37,157 nt of DNA from positions 1,423 through 38,579 of the forward strand of contig MGDX01000004.1 of the NCBI GenBank assembly GCA_001791035.1, given 5' to 3'. The DNA is from Candidatus Uhrbacteria bacterium RIFCSPHIGHO2_02_FULL_53_13. GTDB lineage: Bacteria; Patescibacteriota; Patescibacteriia; UBA9934; UBA11717. The translations under genes and the position numbers were made by a program. This document shows positions 17,427 to 24,198 of the stretch, in pieces (positions within the stretch are counted from its first letter, which is position 1; each line of letters starts with the position of its first letter). The notes beneath the pieces are model-generated. The model saw only the letters and a program-made list of their open reading frames with translations. It did not search any database and was not told the origin of the DNA.

Positions 17427-17435
17427 TGGTATACT
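17427..17435 (+). promoter_or_regulatory. Extended -10 promoter element TGgTATACT
   Basis: TG-g-TATACT sits 35 nt upstream of the ATG at 17471. The same TGnTATA(C/T)T form recurs upstream of ruvB and of the 24.55-kb RNA. Confidence 0.4.
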
Positions 17436-17470
17436 CTCCCTCATTCACCAAATATCAGACAATTCACTCT

Positions 17471-18259
17471 ATGAAAAAGCTCCTGATAGTGATCGCAATC
17501 GTTGGATTCGCTTTTGGAATTCATCTCGTATCCGGACAGCCGCGCGCGAATGCAAATGTGGATATTCAGGCCGGTGATTTGATTCGCGGTGAAGCGTTCA
17601 CGGCGGTGTATTACTACGGCGCGGACGGATTTCGCTACGTCTTTCCAAATTCGCAAACGTACTTTACGTGGTATAGCAACTTCAATACGGTGAAGTTTGT
17701 TTCAGACGCCCAGCTCGGAGAGATTCCGATTGGCGGAAATGTCACGTATCGCCCGGGCATAAAGATGGTGAAGATTCAAAGTGATCCAAGAACGTATGCG
17801 CTCGGAGCAAATGGAGCTCTGCACCATGTGCCATCGCAAGAGGTGGCCATCGCATTGTATGGAACCACGTGGAACAAGCAGATTGACGATATTCCGGACG
17901 CGTTCTTTGGAAACTACTCGTTCGACACGGCGCTCGTGAGTGCGGCGGACTTTGACAAGACCACTGTGACGGCAACGGCATCGTCCATCAACGTAGATAA
18001 GGGGTTGCAAACGCCGATTCAGATTTCAATCACGGATAGCGGATTCGTTCCGGTTGATGTTACCATAGGCGCGGGGCGAGTGGTGCGATTCACCAATAAT
18101 GGGGCAGAGAACCACTCAGCAACAGACGATCTGTTGAAGTGGGGATCGGGAACACTCGCGCCTGGCAGCAAATTTCAGCGACGCTTTAAGGATGCGGGGA
18201 CCTTTACGTTCCACGACAGCTACAAGACACAAAACACCGGTGCGGTCTTCGTGAATTAG
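17471..18259 (+). CDS. Secreted or membrane-anchored protein with a C-terminal cupredoxin-like domain
   Basis: The ATG at 17471 yields a signal/anchor sequence, MKKLLIVIAIVGFAFGIHLVSG. The C-terminal VVRFTNNGAENHSATDD...GTFTFHDSYKTQNTGAVFVN looks cupredoxin/EfeO-like, but no Cys ligand is visible. Confidence 0.6.
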   Translation: MKKLLIVIAIVGFAFGIHLVSGQPRANANVDIQAGDLIRGEAFTAVYYYGADGFRYVFPNSQTYFTWYSNFNTVKFVSDAQLGEIPIGGNVTYRPGIKMVKIQSDPRTYALGANGALHHVPSQEVAIALYGTTWNKQIDDIPDAFFGNYSFDTALVSAADFDKTTVTATASSINVDKGLQTPIQISITDSGFVPVDVTIGAGRVVRFTNNGAENHSATDDLLKWGSGTLAPGSKFQRRFKDAGTFTFHDSYKTQNTGAVFVN

Positions 18260-18277
18260 CTAAACTGAAAATCAAAA

Positions 18278-18303
18278 CGCCGGCTTGTTGATGCCGGTGT
18301 TTT
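18278..18303 (+). terminator. Intrinsic terminator
   Basis: CGCCGGC-UUGUUGAU-GCCGGUG (7 bp with one G-U pair in the plus orientation) is followed by UUUU, 19 nt after the stop codon. Confidence 0.7.
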
Positions 18304-18606
18304 GAATTATGAGAAGTCGGGAGTTAGAGATTGGAAGTTGAACAAATGGAGGTTGGAAGTTCAATTTTTGTGCACGACAAGCATTTGGCCGTGATCACCT
18401 GAATCCCGGGAGGCTCTCCCAGTCTCCCGAGGTTCAGATGAACACCATCGCTAACTACCTACTTTGTAGGAAAATCGCGACGTGCAAAATTAGCATCCCA
18501 CTAAATTTTTGTCAAGTACCACTTGGCAAAATAGAAAGCTCAATCCCAAGCAGAGCGGTAAAAAACGTCATTTGTCTCAAATACTAGCAAAAAACTCGCA
18601 TGCAGA

Positions 18607-18628
18607 TTTTCTGACGATCGTCAGAAAA
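18607..18628. repeat. Perfect 22-bp palindrome TTTTCTGACGATCGTCAGAAAA (family copy A)
   Basis: I read this directly from the sequence. Related copies lie at 27659-27686, 28805-28826, 33433-33450 and 33884-33904. Confidence 0.8.
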
Positions 18629-18697
18629 GCGTTACAAAATCTGTTTAGAAGATGCTGGCAAAGTAGCATTGATTGAGCACAATTTGTAGATCATCGC

Positions 18698-18726
18698 TTG
18701 ACAAACAAGCGGTGACCTGCTAAGGT
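18698..18726 (+). promoter_or_regulatory. Sigma70-like promoter TTGACA-17-TAAGGT
   Basis: The -35 is at 18698-18703 and the -10 at 18721-18726, with an exact 17-nt spacer, inside an otherwise ORF-free region. Confidence 0.45.
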
Positions 18727-18732
18727 GCCGCG

Positions 18733-18988
18733 TTCGGATGAAAGACTCCGGACAGAAAAAGATTAATAAAATGGGAAGCGGAAACTAAAAAAGGAAAAAG
18801 TTCATTTTTTTTCCTCGAAGCACATAATGGCGCACGAGGAACAAAACAATCCGGCGTTGAGTGCCGGAATCAACGCGGCCTATTGCGGAGGCCGCCCTGC
18901 CGGAATAATTCTCCGGCACAACGACGCTGATTGTGCGTCGTCTTCTGAAGGGCTCCGGGCGCTACACGCCTGGGGCTTCCTTATTTTC
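18733..18988 (+). ncRNA. Candidate sRNA made of serial hairpins (alternatively an mRNA for a 55-aa ORF, 18827..18994)
   Basis: Four consecutive stem-loops lie at 18851-18867, 18875-18895, 18898-18918 and 18921-18941. Their stems are 5-7 bp and their loops are 7-9 nt and U-rich. A terminator follows at 18953-18988 (CUCCGGGCG-CUACA-CGCCUGGGG then CUUCCUUAUUUUC) with two wobble pairs that exist only on the plus strand. Confidence 0.4.
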
Positions 18989-19026
18989 AAATGAACCGTC
19001 CTTCTAAAATGTGGCCGACAACCAGG

Positions 19027-19617
19027 CTAGACTACGACATCAATATCTCCAAAATCATTTGAGAGCGACTCACCCGGTTCTACATCGCGGCTGTCAATCA
19101 GCTCCAAAATGAGCGGCAAATCTTTTGCCTCCAAAAAATGCTTTCCCCCTTCAAGAGCATATAAATGCCCGTTGAGTTCGCGCTCATACTTCTGCGCGTG
19201 ATCAAACGGAATCACATCGTCGTCTTTTGCCGCGATCACGGCAAACTCCTGCCCTTTCCACATCACCGTGTCAAAATCGATCGGCGGCGAAAAAAATGAC
19301 GCAAACTTCTCGCTTCCAATATAGTATGGCGGCGCAACGAGAATTACCGTTTTTGGCGTGCCGCTCATCTCGGCATTCTCAAGATAGTGCAAAAGCGCCA
19401 CACACCCAAGCGAGTGCGCGATAAAAATCGTGTCGCCTCCTGGACGCAACACCGCTTGCGATATGGCTTGAACCCACTCCTGACAGTTGGGCGCTTCTGG
19501 ATTCGGAAGGTCAACCGCAATCACGTCATGGCCGCGTTCACGCAACGCCGAACCAAGCCACGGCCAAAAGTTTTGCTGGGGTGATGCTTTGTATCCGTGA
19601 ACAAGAACAATGCGCAT
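19027..19617 (-). CDS. Alpha/beta-fold serine hydrolase (YdeN/RBBP9-like)
   Basis: MRIVLVHGY and the nucleophile elbow IAHSLG are present, and the length is 196 aa. The ATG at 19617 is used because the listed start at 19710 runs into the tRNA-Leu gene. Confidence 0.75.
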   Translation of the reverse strand: MRIVLVHGYKASPQQNFWPWLGSALRERGHDVIAVDLPNPEAPNCQEWVQAISQAVLRPGGDTIFIAHSLGCVALLHYLENAEMSGTPKTVILVAPPYYIGSEKFASFFSPPIDFDTVMWKGQEFAVIAAKDDDVIPFDHAQKYERELNGHLYALEGGKHFLEAKDLPLILELIDSRDVEPGESLSNDFGDIDVVV

Positions 19618-19680
19618 AGGGAATTTGTTGATTGTTGAGAATGGCCTGCCATCCTTAGCTCCGCGAAGCAGAGCGAAGGA

Positions 19681-19766
19681 TGGTGCCGGGGAGAGGACTC
19701 GAACCTCCACACCGCAAGGGCACTAGCTCCTAAGGCTAGCGTGTCTACCAATTTCACCACCCCGGC
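19681..19766 (-). tRNA. tRNA-Leu (anticodon UAG), CCA encoded
   Basis: The reverse complement is GCCGGGGTGGTGAAATTGGTAGACACGCTAGCCTTAGGAGCTAGTGCCCTTGCGGTGTGGAGGTTCGAGTCCTCTCCCCGGCACCA. It has a 7-bp acceptor stem, a long variable arm and the anticodon loop CTTAGGA. Confidence 0.93.
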
Positions 19767-19789
19767 TTTGTTACGAAGTAAGCGCCAGC

Positions 19790-19817
19790 AGAATAGCACA
19801 CAACACCGCTTCGTCAA
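19790..19817 (-). promoter_or_regulatory. Sigma70-like promoter TTGACG-16-TATTCT for tRNA-Leu(UAG)
   Basis: On the minus strand the -35 is at 19812-19817 and the -10 at 19790-19795. The -10 ends about 23 nt upstream of the tRNA 5' end. Confidence 0.4.
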
Positions 19818-19989
19818 CACATCGTGTATTCATAACAACTGATGCTCGATGCGCAAAAAACGCTTTATCGATTGGTTGAAGTGAGGTTTTCCACAGCCTG
19901 TGACTTGACAACACATTCGCGCCATGTTGTATTGGGAGTACGAATCTGATCCCCACCGGATTTGTGCGCTTCATTCTTAACACACGAGT

Positions 19990-21594
19990 ATGCGCACGTT
20001 ATTATCTGGTGTTTTTATTTTGCTCGGCGTCGTTTTGATGCCATTTTCCGGCCTCGCTGCCGGCCTTACGACTGATCATTGGTCGATTGATGTCTCCGAG
20101 ACGAGCGACATGCGTCTCAACTTCGCCGTGGAATATCTTGGCGATAACGCAGTCACGGAAGCACCGGAAGCTGAAGCCGCCGCCGTTGACGAATCGGCAC
20201 AGACGCCACCTGCGACCGTCGTTATGACTCCGCCGCCGCCAACAGACACGGTGCCGACCATTGTTCCTGCAACACCCGGTGACCTTCTGATCAACGAATT
20301 CGTAAGCGATCCGATGATCGGATCGAGCGAATGGATAGAGCTATACAACACGCTCCCAATCGCACTAAATCTGGACGGTTGGTCTGTTCAAGACGCGGCG
20401 GGTACATCGGTTTCCGTCACGGGGACCGTCAACGCACATGATTATCTGCTCGTCGCCATCTCGCGCTCACTTCTGAACAATGGAGGAGACGTGATCACGC
20501 TCTTGGGTGCAGACGGCACGATCATTGACCGTGTTTCGTACGGCGAAACAGAGATGCCATCATCCGTACACGGTCCCGCGGTCAACGATCCGTCGTCCGT
20601 AGGGCGATCGCCCGAAGATCCCGTATTGTTGATCGAGATGAATCCAACGCCCGGAGCGCAAAACGTGTTGCCTCAAACGTTTGAAATGAGTACGGTCAGC
20701 GCGCCGGTTATTGAATCGACCACTACAGACGAGACAGAAGATGCGAGCACGGACGTGTCTGAACCAGCAACGGATGAAACAGAAAATCCTACGTATGACC
20801 TCACTGCGAACCATGATTCTGAAAACTGCCAACCGACAGAGACAAGCGCATCAGTGGATTCTGCGGATGGAACGCCAACGCAGGTCGTACCCATCGGCAA
20901 CATCCGCGCCCTTGAACTTGGGGCACAACTCATCACTGAGGGTGTCGTCTCGGCTGCGCCTGGAATCTTAGGAAAACAGGTGTTCTATTTGGCCGGATCT
21001 GGCATCCAAGTGTACTTGCATAGTGCCGAATTTCCGGAGTTACCCCGCGGAATGCGCGTGCGCGTGACGGGCATCTTGTCTTCAAGCGCGGGTGAAGCAC
21101 GTCTCAAACTCGCTGATGCGAGTGACATTGAGCGCCTTGGACAAGAAGACGCTCCACTGCCACACGACCTATCGCTTCAAGAAATTAGCGAGGCTACCGA
21201 AGGCTGGCTTGTACGCGTCACTGGCACCGTTGCCAGCAAAGACGGCAATGCCTATGTTTTGAGCAACGGCGATAATGAAGCAAAGATGTACCTCAAAGAG
21301 TCGACAAACATCGTTCCAACATTCAGCGTCGGTGATGAACTGACGGTAGTTGGTATCGTAAGCGAAACATCGGCGGGATATCGCATCTTACCGCGAGGCA
21401 ACGACGACATCTTGGTTCGCACACCACAGAACGAGGAGGAGCAAGAGGTCATACCGGCAGGATTCATTTCATCTAAGCAGACGCCAACAAAACTGATTGG
21501 ATGGTCCCTCGCCGGTGCGGTTGCGGTTGCGCTTTCCGCGCTCGGCATCACGCACGCACTCAAGCACAAGGAGATGCTCGTAACCACCACATAG
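19990..21594 (+). CDS. Lamin-tail-domain (LTD) protein with OB-fold-like C-terminal region and C-terminal TM anchor
   Basis: There is an N-terminal signal/TM sequence. LLINEFVSDP...EWIELYN...GWSVQDAAG...LNNGGDVITLLGADGTIIDRVSYG is an LTD. Two beta-rich segments then resemble OB folds (RVRVTGILSS..; LVRVTGTVASKDGNAYVLSNG). The protein ends in the TM helix LIGWSLAGAVAVALSALGI. Confidence 0.75.
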   Translation: MRTLLSGVFILLGVVLMPFSGLAAGLTTDHWSIDVSETSDMRLNFAVEYLGDNAVTEAPEAEAAAVDESAQTPPATVVMTPPPPTDTVPTIVPATPGDLLINEFVSDPMIGSSEWIELYNTLPIALNLDGWSVQDAAGTSVSVTGTVNAHDYLLVAISRSLLNNGGDVITLLGADGTIIDRVSYGETEMPSSVHGPAVNDPSSVGRSPEDPVLLIEMNPTPGAQNVLPQTFEMSTVSAPVIESTTTDETEDASTDVSEPATDETENPTYDLTANHDSENCQPTETSASVDSADGTPTQVVPIGNIRALELGAQLITEGVVSAAPGILGKQVFYLAGSGIQVYLHSAEFPELPRGMRVRVTGILSSSAGEARLKLADASDIERLGQEDAPLPHDLSLQEISEATEGWLVRVTGTVASKDGNAYVLSNGDNEAKMYLKESTNIVPTFSVGDELTVVGIVSETSAGYRILPRGNDDILVRTPQNEEEQEVIPAGFISSKQTPTKLIGWSLAGAVAVALSALGITHALKHKEMLVTTT

Positions 21595-21595
21595 T

Positions 21596-21805
21596 ATGGA
21601 AAGTCCACGAAAATTCGACGAAGATAAAGCGCGCTCATTCATCATAAAAGAAGCGCCTCAACTTGGTGTTGCCGCCGAGCGCTATCGAGAGTTCTCGGAC
21701 TACGTGCTCAAACAACAACGCGATGCCTGGATTCGAGGCAAAGAGTTTGGATGGAAAAAGGCGTGGAAGTGGCGTCTGAATAAGCAGGAGGAACAGACAG
21801 CCTGA
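21596..21805 (+). CDS. Hypothetical small basic protein (69 aa)
   Basis: The ATG lies 1 nt after the upstream stop codon, which suggests translational coupling. I recognise no family. Confidence 0.45.
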   Translation: MESPRKFDEDKARSFIIKEAPQLGVAAERYREFSDYVLKQQRDAWIRGKEFGWKKAWKWRLNKQEEQTA

Positions 21806-21824
21806 TGAGCCAACGCTTGCACAT

Positions 21825-22028
21825 AGATTGCTTCGTCAACCTCGCAATGACAAGATGAGGCTGTCATTGCGAGGTCGAGCGGGATGAAGAACATGCCATT
21901 GAGGCATGTTCGAACCGCAAGACGGGCACTCCTATATGCGCAGTGCGCATCGGAGTGCCCCGAGCATCAAGCGACGAAGCAATCTTTTGCGCTGGCTTGA
22001 GATTGCTTCGTCGAACTCGCAATGACGG
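21825..22028. repeat. Dispersed inverted-repeat family, locus R1 (GTCATTGCGAG / CGAAGCAATCT modules) plus unrelated strong hairpins
   Basis: The modules are AGATTGCTTCGTCAACCTCGCAATGACA (21825-21852), TGTCATTGCGAGG (21862-21874), GCGACGAAGCAATCT (21971-21985) and AGATTGCTTCGTCGAACTCGCAATGAC (22000-22026). The last is identical over 27 nt to 36741-36767. Confidence 0.8.
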
Positions 22029-22058
22029 AATGAGCGCTCGCAATAAGCAGAGAGAAAC

Positions 22059-23330
22059 TTATTGCGGCGCACGCTCCTTCAGCCACTTTACAACATGCTC
22101 CTTTGCCAAGTTCTCTACGTCGCCTGTTTTGCGATTGCGTACTTCTACCAAACCCTTGCCGGCATCTCGGCCAACGACAATGCGATATGGGTAGCCCAAT
22201 AAATCGGCGTCTTTGAACTTGAGTCCCGCACTTTCTTCGCGATCATCAATCATGGTGCGAATGTTGGCATCTTGGCACGCGGCATACAATTCTTGCGCTA
22301 GCGCACGCTGTGTTTCGTCTTTCCAGTTCACCGGAACGATGTGCGCAAACATCGGCGCCACTGATTCCGGCCACACGATCCCATCGTCGTCGTGATTCTG
22401 ATCAACAATCGCCTGAATCAAGCGCGATGTGCCAATGCCATAACATCCCATCCACGCAAACTGCTCGGTGTCGTTCTCGTCGCGAAATGTCACGCGCATG
22501 CTTTTTGAGTACGTCTGTTGCAACTGAAACACGTGTCCGATTTCTATGCCGCGAACCTCCTTGAACGTCCCAATCTTGCATTCGTGGCAGACGTCACCCA
22601 CATTTCCGGCACTCACCTCCGTGTTCGCGCCATAACTGCACTCGTCACAAGCCATCAGCAAATCCTCCCCCACTTCTTCGTTGAGCGCCATAAACTCCAC
22701 CGAACCCTTACCTCCAATATCGCCCGAGCTCGCCTCGACCGCTTGGAGTTTGTGAATGCCAAGACGCTCGTAGATGCGCGGATAGAGCTCCTTCATTTTT
22801 TGATACGACGCGCGCATACCTTCCTCATCGCGATCAAACGAATACGCATCTGACATATAGAACTCGCGGCCGCGCAGAAGTCCTAATCGCGGACGAATCT
22901 CGTCACGAAACTTTGGACCTATTTGGTGCAAGATCACCGGCAAGTCGCGCCACGATTCAATTTCGCCCGCTACCGTAAACGACACAACCTCCTCGGCGGT
23001 CGGCGCCAGTCCATATTCCGCATCGTAGTGGTATTCGCTGGTGGTAAACATTGTTTTGGTATCGATGTATTTTTGCCAACGTCCCGATTGCTCCCACAAA
23101 TCGCACGACTGCAAAATCGGCAACTGCACGTTCTGCACGCCGACAGATTCCATCATGTCAAAAACAATCTGGTGAATGTTGCGTAATACTTTCCATCCAT
23201 CGGGCAATAATGTCCAAATCCCGGGGCTCACCTGACGAATCAGGCCGGCTTGAACGAGCAGGGCGTGCGCACGCGTGAGGTCGCCCCCCACATCGCGGCG
23301 CGTTCGCGGAAACCGATTGGACATCTGCAT
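22059..23330 (-). CDS. proS: Proline--tRNA ligase (short form without the INS editing domain)
   Basis: AGLIRQVSPGIWTLLP and the class II motifs are present. A Cys-containing segment reads CDECSYGANTEV. The C-terminal anticodon-binding domain contains YPYRIVVGRDAGKGLVEVRNRKTGD. The length is 423 aa. Confidence 0.9.
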   Translation of the reverse strand: MQMSNRFPRTRRDVGGDLTRAHALLVQAGLIRQVSPGIWTLLPDGWKVLRNIHQIVFDMMESVGVQNVQLPILQSCDLWEQSGRWQKYIDTKTMFTTSEYHYDAEYGLAPTAEEVVSFTVAGEIESWRDLPVILHQIGPKFRDEIRPRLGLLRGREFYMSDAYSFDRDEEGMRASYQKMKELYPRIYERLGIHKLQAVEASSGDIGGKGSVEFMALNEEVGEDLLMACDECSYGANTEVSAGNVGDVCHECKIGTFKEVRGIEIGHVFQLQQTYSKSMRVTFRDENDTEQFAWMGCYGIGTSRLIQAIVDQNHDDDGIVWPESVAPMFAHIVPVNWKDETQRALAQELYAACQDANIRTMIDDREESAGLKFKDADLLGYPYRIVVGRDAGKGLVEVRNRKTGDVENLAKEHVVKWLKERAPQ

Positions 23331-23358
23331 ATCGCACAGTTAGTAAATAAGTGGGTCC

Positions 23359-23387
23359 ACTATATCGTTTTGCCATGAAACCGCCAA
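23359..23387 (-). promoter_or_regulatory. Sigma70-like promoter TTGGCG-17-TATAGT upstream of proS
   Basis: On the minus strand the -35 is at 23382-23387 and the -10 at 23359-23364, with a 17-nt spacer. Confidence 0.35.
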
Positions 23388-23411
23388 GGATACTGCTAAA
23401 GAAATAAATTC

Positions 23412-23441
23412 AAATACAAAAAACAGCCGCGATCATCGGCT
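23412..23441 (-). terminator. Intrinsic terminator after tRNA-Gly(GCC)
   Basis: The minus-strand RNA reads UAGCCG-AUGAUCG-CGGCUG followed by UUUUUUGUAUUU, starting 7 nt after the tRNA 3' end. Confidence 0.5.
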
Positions 23442-23447
23442 ATTTTC

Positions 23448-23522
23448 TGGAGCGGGAAACGGGGATCGAACCCGCGACCTCTTCCTTGGCAAGGAAGCGC
23501 TCTACCACTGAGCTACTCCCGC
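23448..23522 (-). tRNA. tRNA-Gly (anticodon GCC), CCA encoded
   Basis: The reverse complement is GCGGGAGTAGCTCAGTGGTAGAGCGCTTCCTTGCCAAGGAAGAGGTCGCGGGTTCGATCCCCGTTTCCCGCTCCA (75 nt). It folds into a cloverleaf with the anticodon loop TTGCCAA. Confidence 0.93.
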
Positions 23523-23584
23523 GATTGCAACAGTCACCACACTCTATGTGTGAGCGAGAGGACTATATCAAACGCCTCGAGCTC

Positions 23585-23613
23585 TTGACAAGGGTTCGTC
23601 GACATAATATACA
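23585..23613 (+). promoter_or_regulatory. Sigma70-like promoter TTGACA-17-TATACA
   Basis: The -35 is at 23585-23590 and the -10 at 23608-23613, with an exact 17-nt spacer. Confidence 0.45.
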
Positions 23614-23619
23614 CGAACC

Positions 23620-23767
23620 AGCGTACTTGCTCTCTGGCGGAATGACGGGCTTCAACCTGTCACCAGCATGGAGAGCACAGAAAGGTCACCTCTCCTCGTT
23701 GAGAAAACTCCTTTCTGGGGCCAACCAGTACGCGGACGCGCCTCCTCTTAGGGCGCGTCTTCTTTAT
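23620..23767 (+). ncRNA. Candidate ~150-nt structured sRNA (three-way-junction layout) with its own terminator
   Basis: The closing helix is GCGUACU (23621-23627) / AGUACGC (23727-23733). Arm 1 is UGCUCUCU/GGAGAGCA, enclosing UGG..UGACGGG/CCUGUCACCA. Arm 2 is CAGAAAGG/CCUUUCUG (8 bp, perfect). The terminator is GACGCGCC-UCCUCUUAG-GGCGCGUC followed by UUCUUUAU (23735-23767). Two G-U pairs exist only in the plus orientation. Confidence 0.4.
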
Positions 23768-23801
23768 CCTTGAATCGTCATCGCACCATGTAAAGGTTGT
23801 C

Positions 23802-24176
23802 TTATGCCCTACCGTATTTATCCTCCACGCTCACAATATCATCTTCGTTAAAATCTCCGGTAGAAATTTCCGGGACAACGACATCTTCTTCAGACGCGAA
23901 GATGCGATGCATAGTGAGAGGAGGAATTTCGAACTCATCTCCTTCCAGAGCACGGTGTTGTACTTCGCCAATGGTGACCGTTGGACTGCCCTTCATCACT
24001 TTCCAGAACTCGCTTCTGTGCTTGTGATACTGGAGACTAAACGCTTCTCCCTTCTTGATATTCAAGAGTTTCACCGTACTCGGGATATGGTGAGTAAAAC
24101 AGGTAAAGGAGCCCCAGGGTTTTTCTACAGTTGTATTTTCCATAAGTTCAACGTGTGAACAACTGTCCTCTATCAT
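23802..24176 (-). CDS. Cupin-domain protein (type II phosphomannose-isomerase C-terminal-like)
   Basis: VEKPWGSF...LNIKKGEAFSLQYHKHRSEFWKVMKG...EGDEFEIPPLTMHRI matches the cupin motifs. The start is either 24176 or 24143. The listed start at 24326 runs through the tRNA-Gly(CCC) gene and is rejected. Confidence 0.75.
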   Translation of the reverse strand: MIEDSCSHVELMENTTVEKPWGSFTCFTHHIPSTVKLLNIKKGEAFSLQYHKHRSEFWKVMKGSPTVTIGEVQHRALEGDEFEIPPLTMHRIFASEEDVVVPEISTGDFNEDDIVSVEDKYGRA

Positions 24177-24198
24177 TCCTCGTGCGCACGAAAAAAAA

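Noticed and set aside
19521-19820. ORFs that translate across tRNA genes. These are 19521..19820 (minus), 24148..24486 (minus), 24198..24572 (plus) and 23486..23773 (plus), plus the N-terminal extensions of 19027..19710 and 23802..24326.
   Set aside because: They overlap clear cloverleaf tRNA sequences. Peptides such as GVVKLVDTLA or EGVEPSSGFP are the classic signature of a translated tRNA gene. Internal ATG starts downstream of the tRNAs were used for the real genes.
4547-20614. HIP1-like GCGATCGC octamers at about 4547, 16149 and 20607.
   Set aside because: There are only three copies, all inside coding regions and with no shared flanks. The mild excess over expectation for a GC-rich palindromic 8-mer is not convincing in a single window.
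21825-22028. A CRISPR array formed by the GTCATTGCGAG/CGAAGCAATCT repeats, including those at 25801-25867 and 36678-36792.
   Set aside because: The copies occur in inverted rather than direct orientation. Their spacing is irregular and their lengths vary. Each locus has only 2-4 modules, and there are no cas genes. The pattern fits a REP/MITE-like palindromic repeat.
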